A stretch of 64,000 nucleotides of DNA from contig CALLKI010000063.1 in the NCBI GenBank assembly GCA_938008415.1, positions 5,348 through 69,347 on the forward strand. The letters run 5' to 3'. Each line of letters opens with the position of its first letter. Position 1 is the first letter of the stretch. Below, one piece after another: positions 1 to 9,350 of this stretch. The translations under genes and the position numbers were made by a program. The notes beneath the pieces were generated by a model. That model ran no database searches and was not told where the DNA came from. It saw only the letters and a program-made list of their open reading frames with translations. The stretch comes from an uncultured Luteimonas sp. (GTDB taxonomy: Bacteria; Pseudomonadota; Gammaproteobacteria; Xanthomonadales; Xanthomonadaceae).

Positions 1-396
1 GGCACCCAGCGCGAGGTGTTCGCGCTGCGCCGGGTCAGCGGGAACATCCTCAGCGCCGACATCGACCTGACGCACCCGATCGCATTCGGGCTGCAGGAGC
101 GCCGCATCTTCGTCAACAAGGAGACCGGGCTGGTGTTCGAGAAGGGGGCCAACCCGTACCTCGACGTGGTGCGCATCGACGACGAGCCGCTGGTCAACGG
201 CTACCTGTCGGAGGAAAACCGCAGGCACGTGGCCGGCAGCGCCTTCGTGCAGGTGGTGCCGGTGGGGAAGGGCAACGTGGTGGTCTTCGCCGACGACCCC
301 GCCCACCGCAAGTACTGGCACGGCACCGAACGCCTCCTGCTCAACGCCGCGCTGTTCTCCAACCACCTCAACCCGCAGCGCCAGCGCGGCGAGTAG
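1..396 (+). CDS. 3' end of a larger gene truncated by the window edge; C-terminal region reminiscent of large secreted M14-type (zinc-carboxypeptidase-like) peptidases
   Basis: The frame is open from nt 1 (GTQRE precedes the listed ORF 16..396). Third positions are G/C-dominated. The tail VVVFADDPAHRKYWHGTERLLLNAALF resembles M14-like peptidase C-termini, from memory only. Confidence 0.5.
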   Translation, partial: GTQREVFALRRVSGNILSADIDLTHPIAFGLQERRIFVNKETGLVFEKGANPYLDVVRIDDEPLVNGYLSEENRRHVAGSAFVQVVPVGKGNVVVFADDPAHRKYWHGTERLLLNAALFSNHLNPQRQRGE

Positions 397-432
397 GCGG
401 CCTGCAGCGCAGGCGTGGGAAACCCCTCCTGT

Positions 433-486
433 GCATGCGGGAAAAACTCCCTCCCCCGTTCACGGGGGAGGGTCGGGGTGGGGGAT
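433..486. repeat. REP-like hairpin repeat, copy 1 (forward)
   Basis: Sequence is GCATGCGGGAAAAACTCCCTCCCCCGTTCACGGGGGAGGGTCGGGGTGGGGGAT. It has a 10-bp perfect stem (449-458/463-472) with a TTCA loop and is near-identical to 750-805. Confidence 0.8.
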
Positions 487-749
487 CGTCCTCCCGGTGC
501 GGCGCCGGACATTCCCCGCTGGCGGTTTGCCCCCCTCCCGGCCTCCCCCCGCTTCGCAGGGGGAGGGGTGGAAACGCAAGCGGGGACGGGGAATGGCGCA
601 AGCGGGGGAAAGCGGCAATGCGTGGGCAGGGGAAGGGGTTCAATATCCTCTCCCCGCAGGCGGGGCGATGCGTGCGCAGGGAGGCAAGCAGGCAGGCGCA
701 TTGCGCTGGCCGGCGCATCCTCTCTCCCGCCCGCGGGGCCCCCTTGCGG

Positions 750-805
750 GCATGCGGGAAAAAACTCCCTCCCCCGTTCACGGGGGAGGGCTGGGGTGGG
801 GGGAT
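750..805. repeat. REP-like hairpin repeat, copy 2 (forward)
   Basis: Same unit as 433-486. It differs by one extra A in the A-run, TC>CT after GAGGG, and one extra G in the terminal G-run. Confidence 0.8.
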
Positions 806-902
806 TCTTCCGTGTCGCCGGATATTCCCCGCCGATGTCCTGCCTCCTTCCAGCCATCCGCACGGTGCGGCACACCGGGCGTCCGGATGGGCCGCGCGGC
901 TC

Positions 903-930
903 ATCCCCACCCTCCGTGAACGGGGGAGGA
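903..930. repeat. Degenerate, internally deleted inverted copy of the same repeat
   Basis: ATCCCCACCCTCCGTGAACGGGGGAGGA matches the reverse complement of the unit at both ends (ATCCCC(C)ACC... and ...GTGAACGGGGGAGG). Confidence 0.55.
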
Positions 931-1001
931 GCGAACGCGAGCGGGACGGCCGTTCGTCTTTCCCTGTACCCTTCTGCATTCCTCCAGGAATTCCATCCCC
1001 G

Positions 1002-1880
1002 GTGCGCGTGCGGTTCCTCCCGGCCATCCTGATGCTGCTTGCCGCCGGTTGTGCGATGGCGGGTGGGACGCCAGCGGCCCCGCGGTTCGAATACGCCTAC
1101 GAGGTGCCGGCATCGGCGGATCTGCAGGAGATCCACCGGCGGGTACGCGACGCCGACCTGCTGCGCCGGCTGCCGGAGATCCAGGCCATCGACGGCATGT
1201 TCTCGCTGTCGCGCACGCTGCGTTACGTCGCTTCCGAGTGCGGCGAGTTCGGCGCGTTCTACCGCCCGGCGACCACCGAGGTCGTGCTGTGCTACGAGAC
1301 CCTGCGCACGCTGTACGAGCGTGGCGCACAGTACCGGGACCCGCTCGGCATGACGGTGGCGGAGCCGCTGCGCTACGTCCGCGCGAACGTGCGCTTCATG
1401 CTGCTGCACGAGACCGGCCACGCGCTGGTGCACCTGCTGGACCTGCCGGTGACGGGCCGGCAGGAGGATGCGGTGGACCAGCTTGCCGCGATCCTGATGC
1501 TGCGTTTCGCGCGCCTCAACCAGACCCCGGACGAGGTGATCGGGGACCTGCGCATGGCCGCGCATTCAATGCTCATGCGCAGCACCGGCGCCTACCAGCT
1601 CGACGCCTACGCCGACGAGCACGCGCTGGGCGAGCAACGCTATTTCAACCTCCAGTGCCTGATCTACGGCACCGATCCGCAGGAGTTCGCGGGCATGGTC
1701 GAGGCCGGGGACCTGACCGCCGCCCGCGCCGCGACCTGCCCGGCGGAAACGCGCCGCGTTGGCCGTGCCTGGGTGCGGCTGTTGCTGCCGCACCTGGCGC
1801 CGGGCCACGAGGACTACCGGGAAGAGGCGATGCGCTATCTGCGGGAGGCAGGAAGCGCCGATTCCGGCGCGGTCGAGTGA
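1002..1880 (+). CDS. Putative zinc metallopeptidase lipoprotein (DUF4344-like)
   Basis: It is the C-terminal part of ORF 435..1880. An in-frame GTG at 1002 gives the lipoprotein signal (M)RVRFLPAILMLLAAGC; an alternative ATG lies at 1032. It carries the HExxH motif LLHETGHAL followed by EDAVDQLAA. Upstream of 1002 the frame runs through the repeat region. Confidence 0.75.
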   Translation: MRVRFLPAILMLLAAGCAMAGGTPAAPRFEYAYEVPASADLQEIHRRVRDADLLRRLPEIQAIDGMFSLSRTLRYVASECGEFGAFYRPATTEVVLCYETLRTLYERGAQYRDPLGMTVAEPLRYVRANVRFMLLHETGHALVHLLDLPVTGRQEDAVDQLAAILMLRFARLNQTPDEVIGDLRMAAHSMLMRSTGAYQLDAYADEHALGEQRYFNLQCLIYGTDPQEFAGMVEAGDLTAARAATCPAETRRVGRAWVRLLLPHLAPGHEDYREEAMRYLREAGSADSGAVE

Positions 1881-2002
1881 CGGCGCGGGCGGCGCCCGGC
1901 CGATGTTGGCCGGGATTGGCGGGAACGGGCCGGGATGTCCCCGTTGCCGGTGCTGTCTCCTAGACTCCGCCGTTCCACGTGGACAGACAGGCCCCGTCCG
2001 TC

Positions 2003-2815
2003 ATGAGAGTCGCGCTGTATCCGTTCCTGCTGCTCTTCGCCGCCGGCCTGCTGGCGCCGGGCGCACGGGCAGATCCCGTGGCATTGCCGCCACACCGCTC
2101 GGTCATCCTCGAGTCGGAGCGGATGGGAGAGGCGCGCGCGATCAACCTCTACCTGCCGCCGGACCATGGTGGTGATCGCCGTTATCCGGTGGTCTACATG
2201 CCGGATGGCGGCCTCGACGAGGATTTCCCGCACGTGGCCGGCGCCATCGATGCCGCGATCCGGGAGGGGCGGATGGCCCCGGTCATCCTGGTCGGCATCG
2301 CCAACACGCAGCGGCGCCGCGACATGACCGGGCCGACCGAAGTGGAGGAGGACAGGGCGATCGCGCCGGTGGTGGGCGGCTCACCGGCATTCCGGGCTTT
2401 CATCGCCTCCGAGCTGGTGCCGTGGGTGGAGGCGAACCTGCCGGCCGGTGAAGGCAGGGCGATCATCGGCGAGTCCCTCGCGGGGCTGTTCATCCTCGAG
2501 ACGCTCTTCGAGCAGCCGGACCTGTTCGATACCTGGATCGTGCTGGACCCGAGCCTGTGGTGGAACGCAGGACGGCTGGCGAGGGATGCGGCAGGCTGGT
2601 TCGATGCGAACCCCGGTGTCGCAGGCAGGCTGTATCTGGCCTGGACGGAACCGGATTCCATCGGCCCGAATGTCCTGCGTCTGGAGGAATCCATGCGCCG
2701 GGCTGCACCGGCAGGCCTGCAGTGGCGGGTCGAAGCCCGGCCGGATCTCGACCACGGCTCGATCTACCGCGCGCTGGCACCGGTCGTGCTGCCGATGATG
2801 TATCCCGGCGATTGA
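2003..2815 (+). CDS. Secreted alpha/beta-hydrolase, 'putative esterase' family
   Basis: The ATG at 2003 gives the signal peptide MRVALYPFLLLFAAGLLAPGARA. It has the nucleophile elbow GESLAG and the motif YPVVYMPDGG, typical of esterase D/siderophore-esterase-like proteins. Confidence 0.75.
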   Translation: MRVALYPFLLLFAAGLLAPGARADPVALPPHRSVILESERMGEARAINLYLPPDHGGDRRYPVVYMPDGGLDEDFPHVAGAIDAAIREGRMAPVILVGIANTQRRRDMTGPTEVEEDRAIAPVVGGSPAFRAFIASELVPWVEANLPAGEGRAIIGESLAGLFILETLFEQPDLFDTWIVLDPSLWWNAGRLARDAAGWFDANPGVAGRLYLAWTEPDSIGPNVLRLEESMRRAAPAGLQWRVEARPDLDHGSIYRALAPVVLPMMYPGD

Positions 2816-2901
2816 CCTGTTGCCGGGATGCGGCATCGCATGGCATCGGGCTTTGACCGGACTTCCCACGGGAAGCCGCTTCCCCGTTCCACGGGTTGCA
2901 T

Positions 2902-3834
2902 ATGATCAGGAACATCCTGCTGGCCCTGGCGTGTTGCCTGCCGTTCGTCGCGGCGGACGTGCGTGGCGCGGCGCCATCGCAACCGGTTTGCGGGCCGGCG
3001 GCTGCCGGCGTCCGCATCGTCCAGACCGTGCTGGGCGGCGTACCCGTGCTGATCCGGGTGCCGCCGCGCGTCAGCATGCCGCCGATCGTGCTTTGGCACG
3101 GCTTCGGGCCGCCGGACAGCGAGGCGGCGTTGATGTCGCTGCTGCCGCTGGACGATCTGCCGGCGGTGAAGGTGTACGCCGGGCTGCCGCTGTTCGGCAG
3201 GCGCGCGCCGGAGGATCCCGGCGAACTCGCCCGGCGCCAGTCCGAGGATCTGGTGACCGGCGTGTTCGGGCCGGTGGTGATGGGAGCCGTGCGCGAACTG
3301 CCGGTGATGGTGGACGCATTGCGTCGCGCCGGTTGCATGGAAGCCGGCGAGGGCATCGGCCTGTTCGGATTTTCCGCCGGTGGCGCGGCCGTGCTGCTGG
3401 CGCTGGCCGAGCGCGAGGTGCCGGTGGCGGCGGCGGTGGTGCTGAATGCCTCCACCGGCCTGCCTGCCTCGGTCGCCGCCTACGAGCGCGCCACGGGCAG
3501 GACGTATGCATGGACGCCGGAAACGCGCGCGCTTGCGGAACGCGCGGATGCCATCGCCCGGGCAGCCGGGATCGCGGCGGGATCACCGGGGCCGGCACTG
3601 CTGGTCATCCATGGTGGCCGGGATGCGATGGTCGGTGCCGGGGATGCGCGCGCATTGCACGATGTGCTGGCGCCGTACTACGCAGGGGAACGTGCATGCC
3701 GCCTGGCGCTGGACATCGTGGACGGCATGGCGCATGCGCCCACCGGCGACGATGACGCCGCCCGCGTGCGCATGCGTGCGGGCGACTGGTTCCGGCGCTT
3801 CCTCTCCCGTTCCGGCACGGACACCGGCTGCTGA
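2902..3834 (+). CDS. Secreted alpha/beta-hydrolase (dienelactone hydrolase / prolyl-oligopeptidase-like)
   Basis: Signal peptide MIRNILLALACCLPFVAA. Nucleophile motif GFSAGG. LLVIHGGRD and a late His (GMAHAP) are consistent with a Ser-Asp-His triad. The listed ORF begins at a TTG at 2896; the ATG at 2902 is preferred. Confidence 0.7.
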   Translation: MIRNILLALACCLPFVAADVRGAAPSQPVCGPAAAGVRIVQTVLGGVPVLIRVPPRVSMPPIVLWHGFGPPDSEAALMSLLPLDDLPAVKVYAGLPLFGRRAPEDPGELARRQSEDLVTGVFGPVVMGAVRELPVMVDALRRAGCMEAGEGIGLFGFSAGGAAVLLALAEREVPVAAAVVLNASTGLPASVAAYERATGRTYAWTPETRALAERADAIARAAGIAAGSPGPALLVIHGGRDAMVGAGDARALHDVLAPYYAGERACRLALDIVDGMAHAPTGDDDAARVRMRAGDWFRRFLSRSGTDTGC

Positions 3835-3876
3835 CCACGGTGGTTTCCGTGCCGCAGCCCCGTCGTTTGCGGCCGC

Positions 3877-4776
3877 TCAGCCGTTCCCGGCGTCCCAGGC
3901 GCGCAGCGCCGCCTCGACCGCGTTGATGCCGGCCTCGACGGCCGCGGGGTCGAGTTCATCCACGGTGTCGCGTTCGCTGTGGATCACCTGCATCACCTTC
4001 GGCACCGTCTCGGGCCTGTTGCCGTCGAACATCTGCAGGATGGGCCCGATCTCGTCCGCGCCGACCAGCGAGTACGACACCGCGGGCCAGCCGGCGCGGA
4101 GGAAGGCGCGATGGTCGCTGGGCGGGTACTTTTCTCCCGCGGACAGCCGGAGGCCGTTCGCGCGCGCCGCCGTCTCGCTTGCGGTGGCCAGCGGGTGCGC
4201 GGGGTCCGGGGTCATCATCCACAACGTGTCGCCCCAGCCGAACACGTCGAAGTTGACGTAGAGGACGGGTTTCTCGCCGCCTCCCTCGACGTGGGCGTGG
4301 GCGCCGAGCAGGCCCTTCTCCTCCAGGTCCCAGAACGCGACCGCGACGCGATGGTTGCGCAGCGGGCGCTCGTGGAAGCGGCGTGCCAGCGCCAGCGCCA
4401 CGCCACTGCCCGAGGCGTTGTCGGTGGCGCCGTTGCCCTTGTCGATCTGGTCGAGGTGCGCGCCGATCAGGAGCAGCGGCTGCGAGGGATCGCCCGAGAC
4501 GTGTGCGATGAGGTTCGCGCCGTGCAGGTCCTTCGTGGTGAAGGCGGTTTCGGTGGCGTCGATGCCGGAGCCGGCGAGCAGGCCGCGGATCGTTGCGCGG
4601 CGTTCCGCGCTGCCGGCGTGTGCGCTGATGGCGGCAACGTCGTCATGCCAGGAGGGCGTGGCCGCCACGCGTGCCGGGGCGGTTGCGCGTGCGGCGCCAT
4701 GGTCCAGGCTGCCGCAGGCGGCGAGCAGCAGGGCCAGCAGCAGGGCGGGGGTGCAACGCCAGGCGGAACCGGTCAT
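3877..4776 (-). CDS. M28-family aminopeptidase lipoprotein
   Basis: It is the C-terminal 299 codons of ORF 3877..5520. The ATG at 4776 has a GGAGAG SD. Lipobox LLLAACG. M28 metal-binding context: LLIGAHLDQ, GATDNASG, FWDLEEKGLLG. Confidence 0.85.
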   Translation of the reverse strand: MTGSAWRCTPALLLALLLAACGSLDHGAARATAPARVAATPSWHDDVAAISAHAGSAERRATIRGLLAGSGIDATETAFTTKDLHGANLIAHVSGDPSQPLLLIGAHLDQIDKGNGATDNASGSGVALALARRFHERPLRNHRVAVAFWDLEEKGLLGAHAHVEGGGEKPVLYVNFDVFGWGDTLWMMTPDPAHPLATASETAARANGLRLSAGEKYPPSDHRAFLRAGWPAVSYSLVGADEIGPILQMFDGNRPETVPKVMQVIHSERDTVDELDPAAVEAGINAVEAALRAWDAGNG

Positions 4777-4971
4777 CGTGTATCTCTCCGTGGGGAAACG
4801 CCGGCATTGTGCCGGACCACGGACGCGGTCGGCGAGGGCGCGGAAGCGCCGTCTCGTGCCCCGGTGAAACTGCGCGCCCGGCCCGGGGGATTGCCGCGCG
4901 CATCGGGTTGCAGCGCGCGACCGGTGGCCGGTAGCCTCGCATTCGAAGGAGTGTTCCAGGGGGGCGGCGGG

Positions 4972-5619
4972 ATGACCATCCGCGTCTACATTGTCGATGA
5001 CCACGCACTGGTGCGGGCAGGGGTGCGCATGCTGCTGTCCGCGGAAACCGACATCGAGGTGGTTGGCGAGGCGGACAACGGAGAAACGGCGCTGCCCCAG
5101 ATCCGCAAGCTCAAGCCCGACGTGGTGCTGTGCGACCTGCATCTCCCAGGGATCAGCGGGCTCGAGATCACCGAGCGGATCGTGAAGGGACAGGAAGGCA
5201 CGAAGGTGATCGTCGTTTCCGTGCTCGAGGACGGGCCGATGCCCAAGCGCCTGATCGAGGCGGGCGCGTCGGGATACGTGGGCAAGGGCGGCAATGCCGC
5301 CGAGCTGCTCAACGCGATCCGCGACGTGGCGCGCGGCAAGCGCTACCTCGCGGGCAAGGTCGCGCAGAACCTGGCGTTGTCGGGAATCGGGGGCGACGGT
5401 TCGCCGTTCGACGCGCTGTCGCCGCGCGAACTGGAAGTGGCGATGCTGATGCTGCAGGGGCTGCGCCAGGAGGAGATCGCGCGCCGGCTCAGCCTCAGCG
5501 CCAAGACCGTCAACACGCACAAGTCGCGCATGTTCGCCAAGCTCGGCATCGCGGACAAGATCGAGCTTGCGCGTCTGGCGAGCCAGTACGGACTGGTGGG
5601 GCCGGCGCAGGCGGTGTGA
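4972..5619 (+). CDS. gacA: NarL/FixJ-family response regulator, GacA/UvrY-like; orphan (no adjacent sensor kinase)
   Basis: Receiver domain (IVDDH..., phospho-acceptor context VVLCDLHLPG) plus a LuxR HTH (LSAKTVNTHKSRMFAKLG). The linker SPFDALSPRELEV is the signature I associate with GacA/UvrY. The symbol is less certain than the family. Confidence 0.8.
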   Translation: MTIRVYIVDDHALVRAGVRMLLSAETDIEVVGEADNGETALPQIRKLKPDVVLCDLHLPGISGLEITERIVKGQEGTKVIVVSVLEDGPMPKRLIEAGASGYVGKGGNAAELLNAIRDVARGKRYLAGKVAQNLALSGIGGDGSPFDALSPRELEVAMLMLQGLRQEEIARRLSLSAKTVNTHKSRMFAKLGIADKIELARLASQYGLVGPAQAV

Positions 5620-5646
5620 TCCGCCCGCGCCGGTGCATCTGCGGGA

Positions 5647-8600
5647 TCAGGCGTCGCGGCTGTCCGCTTCGGGCTTGTCCGCGGAGATGGCTTCGGGGTT
5701 ATGCACGGCCTGCTGCACGGCGGCTGCGGCGACGGCCGCCTTCACCGCATCGGCCACCACCGCCGCCTTCACCGCATCGGCGAGCGTCCTGGCGGGCGGC
5801 GGTTCCGGCAGCGGGGGAGGCACCAGTTCGAGCACGCCGGCCGGCGCGGCAAAGGTCGTGCCCGCGGCGGAGGCCTGCGGCGTCGCGGCGACAGCCGTGG
5901 CTTCGGCGGTTTCCTCCTCCACCGGCTCCGCCTGCTCCGCTTCCGGGCCCGCGATGGCTTCGGCCACGGCATCGGCGGAGATGACGGCGGAGGCGGCCAT
6001 CGCATCCGCAGCGGCGCGTCCGGCGGTTCCGGCGACGTCCGTGGAAGCGGGGGCCTCTTCGTCGGTCGCGGCTGTGGCTTCCGTCGCAGGCGCTTCGGCC
6101 CGGGTGCCCGCCGGGGGTTCTTCCGTCCCGGCGTGAGCCCCGGCAAAGACGGGGGACGGTTCCGCCGGCGTGTCCGTGCCGGCGGGCGTCAGGGATCCCA
6201 CGGCCCCGGCGGCAGGGGCGGGCCCGGCCGCGACGGGGTCGGCGGCAACGTCTTCCGGGGCGGCGGTCACAGCCGCGGTATCGGCAGCGGCAGAGGTTTC
6301 CACCGCGGGCGCAATCCCGGTTTCGGCAACAGGCGTGGCGTCGGCCGGAGCCGCGGCGGAAGCCTGCGCTGCCACTGCGGTGTCCGGGGCGGCCTGGGCC
6401 TGGCCGGCGTTGCCTGCCTCGGCGGCCGCGGCGGTTTCGCCGTCGCCGGTGGCCGGGGCGTCCACTGCGGGCAGCGTCAGGTCGTCAAAATCGAATTCCG
6501 GCTGCGTGGCGAGCGGGGCTGACGTCACGGCAGGCGCCGCGAGCTCGGCATCGTCGTCCCCGGCCTCATCGTCCTGGGCGTCGGAGGCCAGGGCGTCCGC
6601 GTCCGCGTCGGCGCCGGCCAGCGCCGCGGCCTCGGCGGCAACGGCACCGCCGCGACGGCGCCTGCGGCCGCCACGGCGTCCGCGACGGCGGCGGCCGGTG
6701 CCGGTCGACTCCGCGCCCTGTTCGGTGGAAGGCGCCGTGTCTTCGGTGGCGGCACCTTCCATGGCAGCGGCGACGGCAGGCGGGGCGGGCGGGGCCTCCG
6801 CGGCCGGGGCAGGCGCAGCCGTTTCGGCGGCGGCAGGCGCAACCTGGGGCGCCGGGACCGCGGCAGGGACGGACGCCTCGACCTCGGGAGCGGCGGCCGC
6901 GGCGGCTGCCGCCTGCGCGGCCGTGCGGGCCTGTGCCTCGCGCTGCTGCTTCTGCGACTGCTTCTGTTGCTTCTGCTGCTTGGGCTGCTGGTCGCGGGCC
7001 TTCTTCTGCGGCTGTTCCTGCTGTGCCTGCTTCTGCTGTTCCTTCTGGGGCTGCTGTTCCCTGCGGCCTTCCTCGCGGCGTGCCTCCTGGCGGTTGCGGC
7101 GGTTGTTGTTGCCGCGGCCTTCACGGCGCGGTTCCTGCTGCGCCTGTTGCTGCCGGGCACGCTTGCGTTCCTGCGGCCTGTCGCCCGGGTCGTTGGCGGC
7201 GAACAGCGACTTCAGCCAGGCGAAGAAACCGCCGCCGGGCGATGCAACCCTGGCGGGCCCGGCCTCCCGGGCGGGCGCGGGGGCAGGCGCCGGCTGCTCC
7301 TCCTTCGGCTCCTCGCGCAGCGGCGCGGGGCGTGCCGGCTTGACGTTGGTCACCGCCGGCGTGGGGATGTTGAGGTTGGACTTGGTCAGCGCGATGGTGT
7401 TGAGCTTGCGCGGGGTGCCGCGCTGGTAGCTCGGGCGGCTGGTTTCCTCGCCCAGCTCGTTCTCGCGGATCCGGGTGACCTCGTAGTGCGGCGTCTGCAG
7501 CTGTTCGTCGGCCACGATCACGACCGGCGAGCCATGGCGCTTCTCGATCTCCATCAGCGCGCCGCGCTTCTCGTTGAGCAGGTAGTTGGCGATGTCCACC
7601 GGTGCCTGCACCAGCACCTGGCCGGTGTTGTCCTTCATCGCGTGCTCCTCGACGACGCGGATGATGGACAGGCTCAGGGACTCCACGCTGCGCATGCGGC
7701 CGTGGCCCTCGCAGCGCGGGCAGACAACCTGGCTGGACTCGCCCAGCGAGGCACGCAGGCGCTGGCGGCTCATTTCGAGCAGGCCGAACCTGGAGATCCG
7801 GCCGACCTGGACGCGGGCACGGTCGTGCTTGAGCGCGGCCTGCAGGCGGGCCTCGACCTCGCGCTGGTGCTTGGACGACTCCATGTCGATGAAGTCGATC
7901 ACCACCAGGCCGCCCAGGTCGCGCAGGCGCAGCTGGCGCGCGACCTCCTCGGCCGCCTCCAGGTTGGTGTTGAAGGCGGTGGTCTCGATGTCCGTGCCCT
8001 TGGTGGCGCGGGCGGAGTTGACGTCGATCGCGGTCAGCGCCTCGGTCTGGTCGATCACCAGCGAGCCGCCGGAGGGCAGGCGGACGGTCCGCTCATAGGC
8101 GCTCTCGATCTGCGATTCGATCTGGAAGCGGTTGAACAGCGGGACGTCGTCCGTGTAGTGCTTGAGCTTGCGCAGGTTGTGCGGCATCACCTGCTCGATG
8201 AACTCGCGCGCCTCGGCGTACATCTCCGGGGTGTCCACCAGGATCTCGCCGATGTCCGGGCGCATGTAGTCGCGCAGGGCGCGGGTGATCAGCCGCGATT
8301 CCTGGTAGATCAGGAACGGGGCGGGCCTGCTCAGGGCGGCGTCGCAGATCGCCTTCCAGATGCTCAGCAGGTAGTCCAGGTCCCACTGCAGCTCCTCGGC
8401 GTCGCGGCCGACGCCGGCGGTGCGGATGATGACCCCCATGTCCTGGGGGATGTCCAGCGACTCCATCGCCTTCTTCAGCTCGGCGCGGTCCTCGCCCTCG
8501 ATCCGGCGCGAGACGCCGCCGGCGCTGGGCGAGTTGGGCATCAGCACCATGTAGCGGCCGGCCAGGGAGATGAACGTGGTCAGGGCCGCGCCCTTGTTGC

Positions 8601-8925
8601 CGCGCTCCTCCTTGTCCACCTGGACCACGACTTCCTGCCCCTCGCGGAGCAGCTCGCGGATGTTGGCGCTCTTCGGGTCGACCCCGGCCAGGAAGTAGTC
8701 GCGGGAGATCTCCTTCAGCGGCAGGAAGCCGTGGCGCTCGGCGCCGTAGTCGACGAAGGCCGCTTCGAGGGAGGGTTCGAGCCGGGTGATCCGGCCCTTG
8801 TAGATGTTGGACTTCTTCTGTTCGCGGGAGGGGCGTTCGATGTCGATGTCGTAAAGGGTCTGTCCGTCCACGATCGCCACGCGCAGCTCTTCCGCCTGCG
8901 TGGCGTTGATCAGCATTCGCTTCAT
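5647..8925 (-). CDS. rne: Ribonuclease E
   Basis: The N-terminus [22 protein letters not shown]...[21 protein letters not shown] (S1 domain) and the catalytic half are unmistakable. The C-terminal half is an Arg/Gln/Lys-rich then Ala/Pro/Glu-rich scaffold. Confidence 0.97.
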   Translation of the reverse strand: MKRMLINATQAEELRVAIVDGQTLYDIDIERPSREQKKSNIYKGRITRLEPSLEAAFVDYGAERHGFLPLKEISRDYFLAGVDPKSANIRELLREGQEVVVQVDKEERGNKGAALTTFISLAGRYMVLMPNSPSAGGVSRRIEGEDRAELKKAMESLDIPQDMGVIIRTAGVGRDAEELQWDLDYLLSIWKAICDAALSRPAPFLIYQESRLITRALRDYMRPDIGEILVDTPEMYAEAREFIEQVMPHNLRKLKHYTDDVPLFNRFQIESQIESAYERTVRLPSGGSLVIDQTEALTAIDVNSARATKGTDIETTAFNTNLEAAEEVARQLRLRDLGGLVVIDFIDMESSKHQREVEARLQAALKHDRARVQVGRISRFGLLEMSRQRLRASLGESSQVVCPRCEGHGRMRSVESLSLSIIRVVEEHAMKDNTGQVLVQAPVDIANYLLNEKRGALMEIEKRHGSPVVIVADEQLQTPHYEVTRIRENELGEETSRPSYQRGTPRKLNTIALTKSNLNIPTPAVTNVKPARPAPLREEPKEEQPAPAPAPAREAGPARVASPGGGFFAWLKSLFAANDPGDRPQERKRARQQQAQQEPRREGRGNNNRRNRQEARREEGRREQQPQKEQQKQAQQEQPQKKARDQQPKQQKQQKQSQKQQREAQARTAAQAAAAAAAAPEVEASVPAAVPAPQVAPAAAETAAPAPAAEAPPAPPAVAAAMEGAATEDTAPSTEQGAESTGTGRRRRGRRGGRRRRRGGAVAAEAAALAGADADADALASDAQDDEAGDDDAELAAPAVTSAPLATQPEFDFDDLTLPAVDAPATGDGETAAAAEAGNAGQAQAAPDTAVAAQASAAAPADATPVAETGIAPAVETSAAADTAAVTAAPEDVAADPVAAGPAPAAGAVGSLTPAGTDTPAEPSPVFAGAHAGTEEPPAGTRAEAPATEATAATDEEAPASTDVAGTAGRAAADAMAASAVISADAVAEAIAGPEAEQAEPVEEETAEATAVAATPQASAAGTTFAAPAGVLELVPPPLPEPPPARTLADAVKAAVVADAVKAAVAAAAVQQAVHNPEAISADKPEADSRDA

Positions 8926-9350
8926 TGTCGCGTTCCTCGCGCGCTCCGGCCGCCCCCGGACGTGTCCGGGACGGGTCGCGCGGGACGCCGGGCGAAGCCC
9001 TGGAGCGTCGGTGGCTGCCCGCCGCGCAGGCGCAGCGGGCCGATCCGGTTTTCCAGCGCTACGACACCAACGGCGAACCGCGGGAGCGCTTGTTATCTCT
9101 GTTCCTGTTTCTGGGCCGGCGTCCGCTCTGGCCTGCCTTTCGGGCGGCCGTCGCGTCGCACGGGACGTGTTCAGCGCCGGTGCCGGGCACCGGGCGATGT
9201 CGGACGCTGCCGCCCAGCCGCTAACATGTTCCGCCCCAGGGGCGGTGGCCGCGCGCTGGCCGGATCTCGCGGAAGGCGGACTTTCGGCCCGTGAACTTCC
9301 AGCGAAATCAGCACCTTATCTCGCCAGCCGAGTGTAACAGATAAACCCCA
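8926..9350. promoter_or_regulatory. Divergent rne/rluC control region; long rne 5' leader expected on the minus strand
   Basis: A 425-nt gap separates divergent rne and rluC, the same arrangement as in E. coli, where the long rne leader mediates autoregulation. No promoter hexamers were confidently identified. Confidence 0.4.

Noticed and set aside
556-640. G-quadruplex-forming G4 runs as a separate feature
   Set aside because: G-runs are expected by chance in DNA this GC-rich. I mention them only as part of the repeat-island finding, with no independent support.
433-930. Possible CRISPR array
   Set aside because: There are only two good direct copies about 316 nt apart, plus an inverted remnant. 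There is no regular repeat-spacer periodicity and no cas genes in the window.
201-1565. ORFs 201..1565(-), 368..1027(-), 415..1032(+), 431..919(+) and the 5' part of 435..1880(+) crossing the repeat island
   Set aside because: All are read-throughs of the GC-rich repeat region. The same repeat is 'translated' in three frames (…LPRSRGRVGVG / …PPPFTGEGRGGG / …PSPVHGGGSGWG), which argues for a DNA/RNA-level element rather than a protein.
6967-9294. 775-aa plus-strand ORF and several others (5567..6136, 5701..6522, 6170..7429) opposite rne
   Set aside because: They are antisense to RNase E and derive from its low-complexity, repeat-rich C-terminal coding region.
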